From a virus (taxonomy: Duplodnaviria; Caudoviricetes), in IMG/VR virus record IMGVR_UViG_3300032239_000697, positions 1 to 42,070 of that record: a stretch of DNA of 42,070 bases, one strand, 5' to 3'. The notes below the pieces were generated by a model. That model was given only the letters and a program-made list of their open reading frames with translations. It made no database searches and was not told where the DNA came from. Shown here piece by piece: positions 34,362 to 42,070 of this stretch (positions are counted from its first letter, which is position 1; each line of letters begins with the position of its first letter). A program made the position numbers and the translations under genes.

Positions 34362-36013
34362 ATTGTTTTCTTTTTCCATCCACCCGCTGAAATATTATCA
34401 ATCGTTTGTTTCGCTTGATCGAATGACATTTCAGTATCGTAACCGTATTTCTTTAGCACCGCAGCTTGTTTAATGCTGCATTTATTGTTTGTCCACCTGT
34501 CGATGATGATTCCCACCATCTGTTTCGCCTTGGAGTATTCCAAAGCATCTGGATCAAAGCCAGCCTTTTTTAGCAATCCTCTCATTTTCTCTGAAAGTTG
34601 CTTGCCTTCATCCCATCCACGAGGTTGATTCGGTTTGATTGAAAGAATATCAAACGGATCAATCTTTTGAGTCTTGTATTTGGACTTGGCCACAAGCCTA
34701 GCCTTTCTCGCCTCAGCCGCAAGCCTTCTTTCCTCAAACTTCTTTTCTTCTTCCTCAATCTGCTTGTCCATCCGCACCGGCCTTCCAGCCTTGATTGCTT
34801 CACGAATAACAGACTCTCTGACTTCATCAATCACATTCCCGCCCAGAATGTCAGCCGTAGTCATCAGTTTATGCCTTCCTGAATTGCCAACGAAGTCGAT
34901 GATGCAACAACTTGGCTTGATGCTACGCTGGATCATCATTCGCCTCAGGACGGGTGCAGGAACGCTATTGAGCTGGCTGGCTATGGATTCATGCGGACGG
35001 GTGGCTCGACCCGCCATTTGGGCATACAAGGCCCTAGACTTGGTTGGCCTTGCCATGCTGATGATTTCAACGCCGGAATCATCAAATCCTTCTGTGAACA
35101 CTCCGCAGTTCCATAGCCATTGAATCTTTCCAGATGCAAAATCTGCAATGATTGCTTTCCTTTCCTCTTTATCAGTCTTTCCGGAGACCCAAGCCGACAT
35201 TCCAGTCTTGTGACGATTAAATATCTCCGAAAGCACCCTTGCATGATTCACTGATGCTGCAAAGCCGATTCCTCTTTTGCTGCCAATAATGTCAATCGTT
35301 GAAGAAGCTACGCCATGCAAATTCTTCTCTGATTCCATCACTGCCGACAAGTCTGCGCCGTTAAGATCTCCAGCTGTTGTCTTTACTTCACTGAAGTCCA
35401 GCGACTCAACTGAAACCATCTGTTGCTCAATAGGAATCAGCCATCCATCTTTGATTGCATCCATCACCTCGTAATCAAACGCAACCGTTTCAAATACTTG
35501 GCCCAAAGCAGATTCATCGCCTCGATCTGGTGTAGCCGTTACTCCCATCACAACCAAGTTTGGATTGGTCATGTAATAATCAATGACCTTCCTATAGCTG
35601 GGAGATACGGCATGATGACTTTCGTCTATGACCAGCAAGCCAAAGTCCATTGGATCAAACTTTGTCATCCTGCCGCCGCCATCGCCTCCCGCAACATGAG
35701 TTTGAATCGTTGAAATGATGACGCTGGATTTGGGATGAAACAGGCCGCATTCCTGAGCAGCTTTATGTTCACCCATCTCAACATCAGCTTTCAACCCGGT
35801 CACACGTTCAATCTTATCTCTGGCTTGCCAAATAAGCTCCTCACGATGAGCTAGCACCATTGAACGCTTGGGTTGCTTCCTTTGAATGACATCAGAAAAC
35901 AATAAAGTTTTCCCAGTTCCGGTAGGCATCACGACCAAAGTCGATCTGGCCCCATTCTCCCATTCAGAAAAAACAGAATCAGATGCTTTGCGCTGATAAT
36001 CTCTAAGTTTCAC
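34358..36013 (-). CDS. SF2 DExH helicase (ResIII/Irc3-like)
   Basis: LRDYQ, MPTGTGKT, LAHREEL, IDESHH, TATPDR, FTEGFD, RPTKS, QMAGRATR. Confidence 0.93.
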   Translation of the reverse strand: MKLRDYQRKASDSVFSEWENGARSTLVVMPTGTGKTLLFSDVIQRKQPKRSMVLAHREELIWQARDKIERVTGLKADVEMGEHKAAQECGLFHPKSSVIISTIQTHVAGGDGGGRMTKFDPMDFGLLVIDESHHAVSPSYRKVIDYYMTNPNLVVMGVTATPDRGDESALGQVFETVAFDYEVMDAIKDGWLIPIEQQMVSVESLDFSEVKTTAGDLNGADLSAVMESEKNLHGVASSTIDIIGSKRGIGFAASVNHARVLSEIFNRHKTGMSAWVSGKTDKEERKAIIADFASGKIQWLWNCGVFTEGFDDSGVEIISMARPTKSRALYAQMAGRATRPHESIASQLNSVPAPVLRRMMIQRSIKPSCCIIDFVGNSGRHKLMTTADILGGNVIDEVRESVIREAIKAGRPVRMDKQIEEEEKKFEERRLAAEARKARLVAKSKYKTQKIDPFDILSIKPNQPRGWDEGKQLSEKMRGLLKKAGFDPDALEYSKAKQMVGIIIDRWTNNKCSIKQAAVLKKYGYDTEMSFDQAKQTIDNISAGGWKKKTI

Positions 36014-36239
36014 TTCTCTCCTGCCAGCGATCAATCTCTTGATCTTCTTTGTAATCTTGCTTGTCCCAAACTTCTATTTCTCCAATTCCTCCGCATTCAT
36101 CGCATTCAGCCTTATCGCAATTTTCTTTGCAAAGAGAACAAATATCCCTGTGCGTTCCGCATATTATTTCATTGCAACAATCTGAGTATTGAAAATAACC
36201 AAGTCCATCGCACCGTTTACAATCTATAATTTTGCTCAT
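36003..36239 (-). CDS. small Cys-rich Zn-finger protein (DnaJ-type CxxCxGxG)
   Basis: CKRCDGLG ... CDECGGIG. Confidence 0.7.
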   Translation of the reverse strand: MSKIIDCKRCDGLGYFQYSDCCNEIICGTHRDICSLCKENCDKAECDECGGIGEIEVWDKQDYKEDQEIDRWQERSET

Positions 36240-36257
36240 TTTACCAATCTTTCATTT

Positions 36258-36335
36258 TTATCTAAACAATGATATGACTCCTAACAACACATTAAATATC
36301 CATCTAATCAATGTGATCCAACCCAACAATTCCAT
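36258..36335 (-). CDS. candidate 25-aa hydrophobic peptide
   Basis: MELLGWITLIRWIFNVLLGVISLFR*. Confidence 0.3.
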   Translation of the reverse strand: MELLGWITLIRWIFNVLLGVISLFR

Positions 36336-36356
36336 TAAGTTGTGTATGTTTATATC

Positions 36357-36638
36357 TCAATCCCTTTCACCTTTGCTAATGTGCGCATTGCCAGAAATCA
36401 ACGCATTGCCAAAGATCACCGCATTGCCATAGACCCGCGCATTGCCATAGATCACCGCATTGCCATAGACCCGCGCATTGCCAGCGATTTGCGCGTTGTC
36501 CATCACGATTGCGTTGTCTCTAATGTTTGCTTCATTCTCGACCTTTGCAGTTTTGTAAATCCATCCGCCACCAGATGCCTGACGCCAATCTGATTCAATT
36601 TGTTTTCCCAGTTTTTGTTCTAGTTCGGTGTAGTTCAT
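36357..36638 (-). CDS. hexapeptide-repeat (left-handed beta-helix) protein
   Basis: GNARVY/GNAVIY 18-nt repeats at about 36380-36490. Confidence 0.8.
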   Translation of the reverse strand: MNYTELEQKLGKQIESDWRQASGGGWIYKTAKVENEANIRDNAIVMDNAQIAGNARVYGNAVIYGNARVYGNAVIFGNALISGNAHISKGERD

Positions 36639-36943
36639 ACCTCAACCCCTTTCACTTTTGCCAATGCAGTAATTCGTTCCTGCCAATTGGAATGATAATT
36701 TACCCGCTTAGAATACCAATTAGCTTCCACGTCATTAAGTTCCTTTTCCACCAACCAACACAGATGCAGGAATTCTGTGTCGAGAACAACCAAGTTGTGT
36801 CCATGATTGGCACATTGCGGATGGTTCCAAACAAGATAGCAGTAAGAAGTGCCATCTTCTTCGTTGATGCATTCTTTGCATTTAATTTTATCTGGCAACA
36901 TTTTTGACAATGCCGCCTTGAGCTGTTCGTCGGTGTAGGTCAT
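36635..36943 (-). CDS. hypothetical protein
   Basis: TDEQLKAAL...WQERITALAKVKG; ATGA overlap. Confidence 0.7.
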   Translation of the reverse strand: MTYTDEQLKAALSKMLPDKIKCKECINEEDGTSYCYLVWNHPQCANHGHNLVVLDTEFLHLCWLVEKELNDVEANWYSKRVNYHSNWQERITALAKVKGVEV

Positions 36944-36948
36944 ATCAA

Positions 36949-37134
36949 TTACTTTCTATCTTTCAACATCCGCTCCAACGCGATTGCCAGCCGTTTTGCA
37001 AACCATTGAGCACGACGAAGAGTTGTCTGTTCGACCACTCGAAATCCTTGGTGATCTATGTAAAGGTAGCAGTTCCATTTGTCATTTATCTTTACAACTC
37101 GTGTGTAGCGGTTGCGGATTTCGGTGAAGTCCAT
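36949..37134 (-). CDS. hypothetical protein
   Basis: 61-aa ORF in operon. Confidence 0.65.
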   Translation of the reverse strand: MDFTEIRNRYTRVVKINDKWNCYLYIDHQGFRVVEQTTLRRAQWFAKRLAIALERMLKDRK

Positions 37135-37614
37135 GGTTTTAATTTCTTGGCGATTCAGGAAGTTTCATCCAATGGGTGGGTTTGTAATCGTGATCAACAT
37201 TTAACTCAAAAATATACCATGCATCTCCATCAGTATCTGACCATTGCCATCCACCAAGATCACGATTAATTGTTCGTCCGCCAATGCAAAGACGTTTGTT
37301 GCAATACATCAATACTTCTACATTGAGCGGAGGAAGGTTATCGTCGGACATTGAAATCCAGCCGTCAATTTGTTGTTTTACTTTATCCTGCAATTCAACA
37401 ATTTGATAAGAGAGATCTAATGCTTGCAACCGATACGCAACATTCTGATCCTTCGCCGCCGCGCATTCCAAGACCAGTTCGGAATACAATCGCTTTAGCT
37501 CTGCATGTTCAGCGCACAAGGACATAATGCTTTTGTGACTGGCCCACGGAGTTCCGCATGATATGCAGGGTGTTTCATTTGTGTTCATGGTTTTAATTTC
37601 TTGGCGATTTAGGA
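37132..37614. repeat. 29-bp direct repeat (1 mismatch) bracketing the DUF551 gene
   Basis: CATGGTTTTAATTTCTTGGCGATT(C/T)AGGA at 37132-37160 and 37586-37614. Confidence 0.85.
37139..37588 (-). CDS. DUF551 domain protein
   Basis: WISMSDDNLPP...VL...PTHWMKLPESP. Confidence 0.8.
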   Translation of the reverse strand: MNTNETPCISCGTPWASHKSIMSLCAEHAELKRLYSELVLECAAAKDQNVAYRLQALDLSYQIVELQDKVKQQIDGWISMSDDNLPPLNVEVLMYCNKRLCIGGRTINRDLGGWQWSDTDGDAWYIFELNVDHDYKPTHWMKLPESPRN

Positions 37615-37641
37615 GGCCTTAATAGTGCTGTCCATTATCTG

Positions 37642-38085
37642 TTAAGAGAGCTTACCCCCACAATGTGGGCAAATTTTCGCCAGATACGCTCTCGTCGCTG
37701 TTTTTTGCGGTTCTGGAAGTCCGAGCCACTTGGCGACTTCTTTGTGTCTTTTCCACCCGTAGTTTCGCGGGTATTTCGTCGGTTTCAGCAGACCAGATTG
37801 ATATGCTTTTAGTATTTTTTGGCGGCTGTTGATATTGCAGTTATATAGGCAACTTAACGTCCTCACGCTCAGGCCGTCCGTGCAGCGCGGTTTGCGGTTC
37901 ATCCACCTCTCGGAGGTCGAGTATAGAATCGCTGCCCTTTGAGTGCCTACGCCCACGCGCTTGCCGATCTCCTTAAATTTCAGCCCTTGGTTTCTAAGAT
38001 TGTAAACGAGAGTTAGACGCTCTTGTGACAATTTTCTGGAGGCAGCGGCTTGGTCTATTGCTGGTTCTGGTGTTGTTGTGCTCAT
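37642..38085 (-). CDS. HTH plus RNA polymerase alpha-CTD-like domain protein
   Basis: GLKFKEIGKRVGVGTQRA (HTH); GLSVRTLSCLYNCNINS...RNYGWKRHKEV resembles alpha-CTD LSVR..NCL...I...NLG.KS..EI; terminal CPHC. Confidence 0.6.
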   Translation of the reverse strand: MSTTTPEPAIDQAAASRKLSQERLTLVYNLRNQGLKFKEIGKRVGVGTQRAAILYSTSERWMNRKPRCTDGLSVRTLSCLYNCNINSRQKILKAYQSGLLKPTKYPRNYGWKRHKEVAKWLGLPEPQKTATRAYLAKICPHCGGKLS

Positions 38086-38426
38086 TGCTTGTCCTTTCTC
38101 TCATTTGCCGATTTATCAGAATACATCTTTCCATAACGTATGGTCAGCTTGTTAATGTTATCCTGAAGAACTTGTTCCCGAGTAATATTAAGTCTCTCCC
38201 TTAATCCTTCCATGTAAAACTCCAAATCACCAAGCTCTTCAATGATGTTTGGAATGTCCAACGGACGAAGATAGATAACGCTCTTTTTGATTGCATCCAA
38301 TAGCTCTCCAGCTTCACCGGATATGCCAAGAGCCATGTGTATAAGATGAGCATCCCGGCTGGTCATCTGAGACAGGATGGTTCTGCCATCTTTGCACAAT
38401 GCCTGAACTAATTCAGGATGAGTCAT
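38082..38426 (-). CDS. mazG: MazG-like nucleoside triphosphate pyrophosphohydrolase
   Basis: GISGEAGELLDAIKK...EELGDLEFY...NINKLTIRY. Confidence 0.88.
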   Translation of the reverse strand: MTHPELVQALCKDGRTILSQMTSRDAHLIHMALGISGEAGELLDAIKKSVIYLRPLDIPNIIEELGDLEFYMEGLRERLNITREQVLQDNINKLTIRYGKMYSDKSANERKDKQ

Positions 38427-38635
38427 TACTTCAGTTCTTTGCACGCTTCCAACATCCGTATTTTGATTTTCCATAATGCTTTTATTTCTATTTGATCCAC
38501 CGCTTGTTGTGATATTCCAAAATGTTCCCCAACTTCCTTTTGGGACATAAAATGCTGCAACTGATTCCTTATTTCAGTTACTTCCTTCCGTCTTGATTTC
38601 CAATTCTTTTCGTATTGTCTAGGATCTTGAGTCAT
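38426..38635 (-). CDS. sigma70 region 4-like HTH protein
   Basis: MSQKEVGEHFGISQQAVDQIEIKALWKIK. Confidence 0.75.
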   Translation of the reverse strand: MTQDPRQYEKNWKSRRKEVTEIRNQLQHFMSQKEVGEHFGISQQAVDQIEIKALWKIKIRMLEACKELK

Positions 38636-38927
38636 AGACTTCAATTATAGTTTCTTCAACTTGGCCTTTGCCTGATTTTTTTTGGCTGATTTCAACTTTG
38701 ATTTGATCTGGCGTGTCGTTAGGTATGACTCCAGCGTATCGGAGTAAGTCAATGTGATATTTCCCGCAGAGGTTATCTTCGTCGAGGAGCCGCTTTCTAA
38801 TGCTTTTAATCCGCACAAGAAATCTTTGGCTAAATTGTCCTTGAACTTCTTTCTGGTCCAATGCTGCATCCCCAATATTTGATTCCAGCTTGGCAATCTT
38901 TCTGATAGGCGGAGTCGAAATATACAT
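38619..38927 (-). CDS. rusA: RusA-like Holliday junction resolvase, frame with the catalytic C-terminal motifs
   Basis: RKRLLDEDNLCGKYHIDLLRYAGVIPND fits RusA DxDN..K...D.L...G.I.DD. Confidence 0.75.
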   Translation of the reverse strand: MYISTPPIRKIAKLESNIGDAALDQKEVQGQFSQRFLVRIKSIRKRLLDEDNLCGKYHIDLLRYAGVIPNDTPDQIKVEISQKKSGKGQVEETIIEVYDSRS

Positions 38928-38932
38928 TTCAT
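38645..38932 (-). CDS. overlapping ORF with a RusA-like N-terminal motif
   Basis: RLPSWNQILGMQHWTRKKFKDNLAKDFL fits the PSxN...HW..R.K.K N-terminus of phage RusA-like proteins; ATG overlaps the upstream stop (ATGA). Confidence 0.6.
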   Translation of the reverse strand: MKCIFRLRLSERLPSWNQILGMQHWTRKKFKDNLAKDFLCGLKALESGSSTKITSAGNITLTYSDTLESYLTTRQIKSKLKSAKKNQAKAKLKKL

Positions 38933-39645
38933 TTCCTCAAGGCTTTCTTTTCCTCAGGAATAAACGTGTCCCAATAGAACTTGCTGATGAATCCACGGCC
39001 CTTGCAAGTATTGCATTTTCCGATAATTCCTTGGCAATCCGGGCAAACTGCATAAGGAATCGCTCGTTTCATATCCAACTGAATTTGGTTCAGCTTGGCA
39101 ATGTTGTCGGTCAAGTCCACCTCAACAAACAACAAATCTTTATTGTCCTGAGCTTTCATCAACGCAGCTTTTAATGATGACGCAAGGCCAAGCAATTCCC
39201 TTGCAAACCCGCCTTTCTGCCACAGGTCAACGCACTCCACCGGAACCTCAATGTCAAATTCATCAGCAATGACGCTAGGTTGCTCCACGAGATCTCGTAT
39301 TGCCGCTGAGGTAACTTCACCTTCAATGTCATCCACGATCTGTTTGCGGCGGGGTGGCGGCACTTTGGACAGCTCCCTAGCTGCACGTTCAGACTTAACC
39401 TTGGGAAAGTCCTTCACCACCTTGGAGCTTTCAATTAAACGATAGGCATAAGAACGGCCAATGCTCCATACCTTGTCGCAATATTCTTCAAAGGTCTTGT
39501 ATCCTTCCCGGTAAAGCTTCTTATCTTGAATCTCCATCAAGGCATTTCCAACTTCAACAAATGTTTGAAGCTTGTCTGATATTTTCTTCTCCAGCAATCT
39601 TAGCTGGGATCTTTCCGTTGTGCTTAGTGTAATTGTAAGTTTCAT
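38929..39645 (-). CDS. DNA-binding protein (DUF3102-like N-terminus, C-terminal Zn finger)
   Basis: FVEVGNALMEIQDKKLYREGYKTFEEYC..W...RSYAYRLI; CPDC...CNTCKGRG. Confidence 0.75.
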   Translation of the reverse strand: MKLTITLSTTERSQLRLLEKKISDKLQTFVEVGNALMEIQDKKLYREGYKTFEEYCDKVWSIGRSYAYRLIESSKVVKDFPKVKSERAARELSKVPPPRRKQIVDDIEGEVTSAAIRDLVEQPSVIADEFDIEVPVECVDLWQKGGFARELLGLASSLKAALMKAQDNKDLLFVEVDLTDNIAKLNQIQLDMKRAIPYAVCPDCQGIIGKCNTCKGRGFISKFYWDTFIPEEKKALRK

Positions 39646-39689
39646 AAAGTGAGTTTGGCGGTTTTAATCAGATCCGCCAACTGATTGAA

Positions 39690-39908
39690 CTAACGATTAG
39701 ACTTAGCTGCCATCTGCTCTGCTTTCTTTTGGGTTGATCCAAAACCAAGCACCCTCCAAACCGTTGTCTCTTGAGGAATGGTTTTCTTTGAGACTACTGT
39801 TTTCCCATCATAAATAGGAACGATCATCTTACGCTTTTCGTATCGGCCTACTTGGAACCTCAAAAAATCGTGAACCAATTTTTCGTTAATTCTCAATGTG
39901 TTTCCCAT
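39690..39908 (-). CDS. hypothetical protein
   Basis: Probable ATG at 39908. Confidence 0.65.
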   Translation of the reverse strand: MGNTLRINEKLVHDFLRFQVGRYEKRKMIVPIYDGKTVVSKKTIPQETTVWRVLGFGSTQKKAEQMAAKSNR

Positions 39909-39913
39909 AACAA

Positions 39914-40639
39914 TTAAATGCCGAGTTTGTCTGCAATCTGGCCCCATTCGGTAGGCGACAAGTCATTACGGCCATTGAACAATTCATCCTGTGGAGCGTA
40001 GTAAATCTCCCCAATCTGATCCTCTGGCAATCCATTGTATTTCTCGCACAACTTAGTCCATATTTCTTCTCCGCTGGAAACGCGAGGAGCCTTAACCGCA
40101 GGACGAGCAGGAGTCACCTTAACCGGAACAGGAGCAATGTCTCCGTCATCCTCATCGGCAACCGGAACAACTTTCTTAACCGGGGCTTTTGCCACTGGTG
40201 TTGCAATCGCCTTAAACTTGCTGCCCCACTTGGACAGCACCGCCTTACGATCCTGAACAGGCTGAGGCATCTGCGCCCCAGAGTTAATGGGATTAATCCA
40301 TTTGATCTTGAATACCGTCACCTCTTCAGTTTTGCCTTCCGGGGTGTAAGTTTCATGTTCACCGACAATGGTAAAGGCAATTTCCGCCGTTTCCATATCT
40401 TCCAGATCAAACGGATTAGCTCCGTCCCATCCGAAGATCTGTTTCATGTTGTCAATGGAGCGAGTCTGGAGCGTTCCATCCTTCTTTGCGATTGTAACGG
40501 TGGTCTTGCCGCTCCAATCGACTCCGGTTAACACAATCGGAACGGCAACGCATAGCGCACCGGATTGCGTCTCATAGACGACCATCTTGCCGTTTGTCTT
40601 TGCGGGATATGTTCCCGCTGCTGGTAATACTTTGCTCAT
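39914..40639 (-). CDS. putative single-stranded DNA-binding protein (DUF669-like)
   Basis: LPAAGTYPAK...GEHETY...KIKWINP OB-fold-like pattern; directly downstream of Sak4. Confidence 0.6.
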   Translation of the reverse strand: MSKVLPAAGTYPAKTNGKMVVYETQSGALCVAVPIVLTGVDWSGKTTVTIAKKDGTLQTRSIDNMKQIFGWDGANPFDLEDMETAEIAFTIVGEHETYTPEGKTEEVTVFKIKWINPINSGAQMPQPVQDRKAVLSKWGSKFKAIATPVAKAPVKKVVPVADEDDGDIAPVPVKVTPARPAVKAPRVSSGEEIWTKLCEKYNGLPEDQIGEIYYAPQDELFNGRNDLSPTEWGQIADKLGI

Positions 40640-40669
40640 AACTATTTTTTTTCTTTTGGTTGGTTGGTT

Positions 40670-41491
40670 TTACTTAAGGATGCTGTTCCAGATTTCATTT
40701 CCAAGAACAACGTCAAAATTCTCTCCGGTGGTTCGTGACTTTGCCATAAACGTAGGACGTTCTGCGGTGTAAAGTGTCCTTGTGCCGCTTCCCTTGGCCT
40801 TGCCGTCATCAACGGCAACATCGTAACCAAGAAACAGAACATGATCGCACCATTCTTTCAAACGATGACGGATGGATGCTTTCCCGCTGTTAGGCGATTG
40901 AAGGCGAGGTTCGTATCTGATCCAGTCCTCACCATTGGGGTTGGGGACATTGCTGGTGCAATCATGGGCAATCAGAATGACGTTACGTCCTGCGCGAACA
41001 TGACGGTCAAGGTCGCCAAGGATTGTCAGGAATGTATCAAACACAAAGCTATAGCCCTTGCCATAACCGTAGTCCTCGACTGAGGACGCCATTGTGCCGC
41101 CTTCTTTCTTCACGGTTTTAAGCGTATGCGCCACCGCCAACTCTTCAAGCTTTGTTGCCGTGTCGATGACAATAGTCTTGATGCTATCCCAGCCATCCGA
41201 TTGAATTGCTTCCCGTGCTGATTTCCAATCAGGGCAACTGACCGGATAGGGAAGTTTGATGTTTTGATCCTTGAGTTGTCCCCTCAGGATGCTGAGAGAT
41301 TCATCTGCATCGATGAACGCCACTGGGCCGGGTGCTTGGCAGGCCAGCGTTGTCTTTCCGATTCCTCCTGTTCCGTAAAGAAGAATGCGCTGGCCTTTGG
41401 GCTGTTCAATGGAGCCAAAGACGACTTTGCGTATTGACTGACTCACCGGAACTGCCGGGACAGGCGCGGGTGCGCGTTGGGGTATTGCCAT
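40670..41491 (-). CDS. sak4: Sak4-like AAA_24 ATPase / ssDNA-annealing recombinase
   Basis: ILLYGTGGIGKTT, TIVIDT, GYGKGY, ILIAH, EWCDHVLF, MAKSR. Confidence 0.88.
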   Translation of the reverse strand: MAIPQRAPAPVPAVPVSQSIRKVVFGSIEQPKGQRILLYGTGGIGKTTLACQAPGPVAFIDADESLSILRGQLKDQNIKLPYPVSCPDWKSAREAIQSDGWDSIKTIVIDTATKLEELAVAHTLKTVKKEGGTMASSVEDYGYGKGYSFVFDTFLTILGDLDRHVRAGRNVILIAHDCTSNVPNPNGEDWIRYEPRLQSPNSGKASIRHRLKEWCDHVLFLGYDVAVDDGKAKGSGTRTLYTAERPTFMAKSRTTGENFDVVLGNEIWNSILK

Positions 41492-41494
41492 ATT

Positions 41495-42070
41495 TTAGTT
41501 TGTTTCGTTTTGTTTTTCCAACTCAGGATTGAACCCTTCAATCTTGAATCCTTCGGGCGGATGTTTCACGTCCACCGTCAAATTCTGTAAGCAAAATGAT
41601 TGATAGCTGCAAAAGTTGCAAGTCATTTCACTAACATTTCTCGGCCATGCGTTTTCTTTGCGTTCCAGACCTTGTTCATTTGCGCGTAGGCTGATTATAA
41701 GTCTCGATATTGCATCACGTTGCAACTTGAACGCCTCAAGATTATCCTCAAGGATCGGAACCTCTTTGCGGACGAAATAAAAGTCCGGTCGCAAAGAAAT
41801 ATCTTCCAAAAGGCGCGCAGAAAACTCATCTGGCGTCTCAATGTGGCACTGAAGCGTCTCGCCTTCTCCTGCGCTTTGTTTAGGCTCGCCATTCTTTTTC
41901 AGCACACGGTTTCCAGCGGCATCCAAAACAATTTTCATTCCCGCCTCATCAAGATCATTGACTTGCTTCGGCTTGATCGTCGGCTTGCGCGTTACGTCAT
42001 AAAGCACGGTCGAAACATCCCAGTCCAATTCTCGCGCAGCGAGGATGTATTGATAAAGCTGCATGTTAAA
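41495..42070 (-). CDS. PD-(D/E)XK (Cas4/RecB-like) exonuclease, 5' end truncated
   Basis: QLYQY (QxxxY), YDVTRKP, PRN...CNFCSYQSFC. Confidence 0.8.
   Translation of the reverse strand, partial: FNMQLYQYILAARELDWDVSTVLYDVTRKPTIKPKQVNDLDEAGMKIVLDAAGNRVLKKNGEPKQSAGEGETLQCHIETPDEFSARLLEDISLRPDFYFVRKEVPILEDNLEAFKLQRDAISRLIISLRANEQGLERKENAWPRNVSEMTCNFCSYQSFCLQNLTVDVKHPPEGFKIEGFNPELEKQNETN

Larger units (their letters stand above)
1..42070. mobile_element. Tailed dsDNA bacteriophage genome segment (Mu-like head, probable siphovirus-type tail, Sak4/primase/helicase replication arm)
   Basis: Contiguous terminase-portal-protease-capsid-tail-tape measure-lysis order plus a phage-type replication arm; no host housekeeping genes; genes at both edges are truncated. 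Confidence 0.95.

Noticed and set aside
36380-36490. 18-nt repeats as a CRISPR array or DGR repeat
   Set aside because: In-frame hexapeptide coding repeats with no spacers; no reverse transcriptase or adenine-specific template/variable repeat pair was seen in the window.
37620-37650. Possible integron attC-like end (TCTTAAC / GTTAAGA) after the alpha-CTD-like gene
   Set aside because: Does not match GTTRRRY/RYYYAAC exactly, no paired L/R boxes found and no integron integrase in the window.
1-42070. Window as a complete circular genome
   Set aside because: Joining the ends would give helicase ...SSVHKV* rather than the expected HKAKGLE-type motif, and the nuclease lacks its N-terminus; sequence is missing at both ends.
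41495-42070. Cas4-like nuclease as evidence of CRISPR-Cas
   Set aside because: It sits in the standard nuclease-Sak4-SSB recombination module; no cas genes or array.
1-42070. Stop-codon reassignment
   Set aside because: Long genes are intact in the standard code, and TAA, TGA and TAG all end genes at sensible, often coupled, positions.

Overview
Near-complete, edge-truncated genome segment (about 42 kb) of a tailed dsDNA phage (Caudoviricetes) read in the standard genetic code. No integrase, transposase, RNA genes or CRISPR array were seen. Layout: (i) 1-3050, minus-strand early genes, including a UvrD-like SF1 helicase that the ORF track misses because it runs off the edge, a signal-peptide SleB-like hydrolase and small acidic or Zn-binding proteins; (ii) 3050-4340, a divergent control region with TerS-like gene; (iii) 4340-31730, plus strand: adenine methyltransferase, TerL, a Mu-like head module (DUF935 portal, gpG-like, protease/scaffold, major capsid, gp36/gp37-like), a non-contractile tail module with a -1 frameshifted tail chaperone and tape measure, Cys-rich tail-tip candidates, a 1613-aa beta-helix adhesin/depolymerase, and an atypical lysis block (holin-like genes, papain-like C1 peptidase, metallophosphoesterase); (iv) 31720-42070, minus-strand replication and recombination genes (DUF1376, Toprim primase, PAPS-reductase-like protein, SF2 helicase, MazG, RusA-like locus, SSB-like, Sak4, PD-(D/E)XK nuclease). 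A-rich leaders without Shine-Dalgarno motifs and Thr/Asn-rich exported proteins suggest a Verrucomicrobiota-like host (inference only). Two signals stand out: a RusA-like resolvase whose N- and C-terminal signature motifs lie in two different, fully overlapping open frames, and several Sec-signal-peptide proteins embedded among the virion genes, two of which resemble the capsid cement-like protein. All family calls come from motifs recognised by eye, with no database search.
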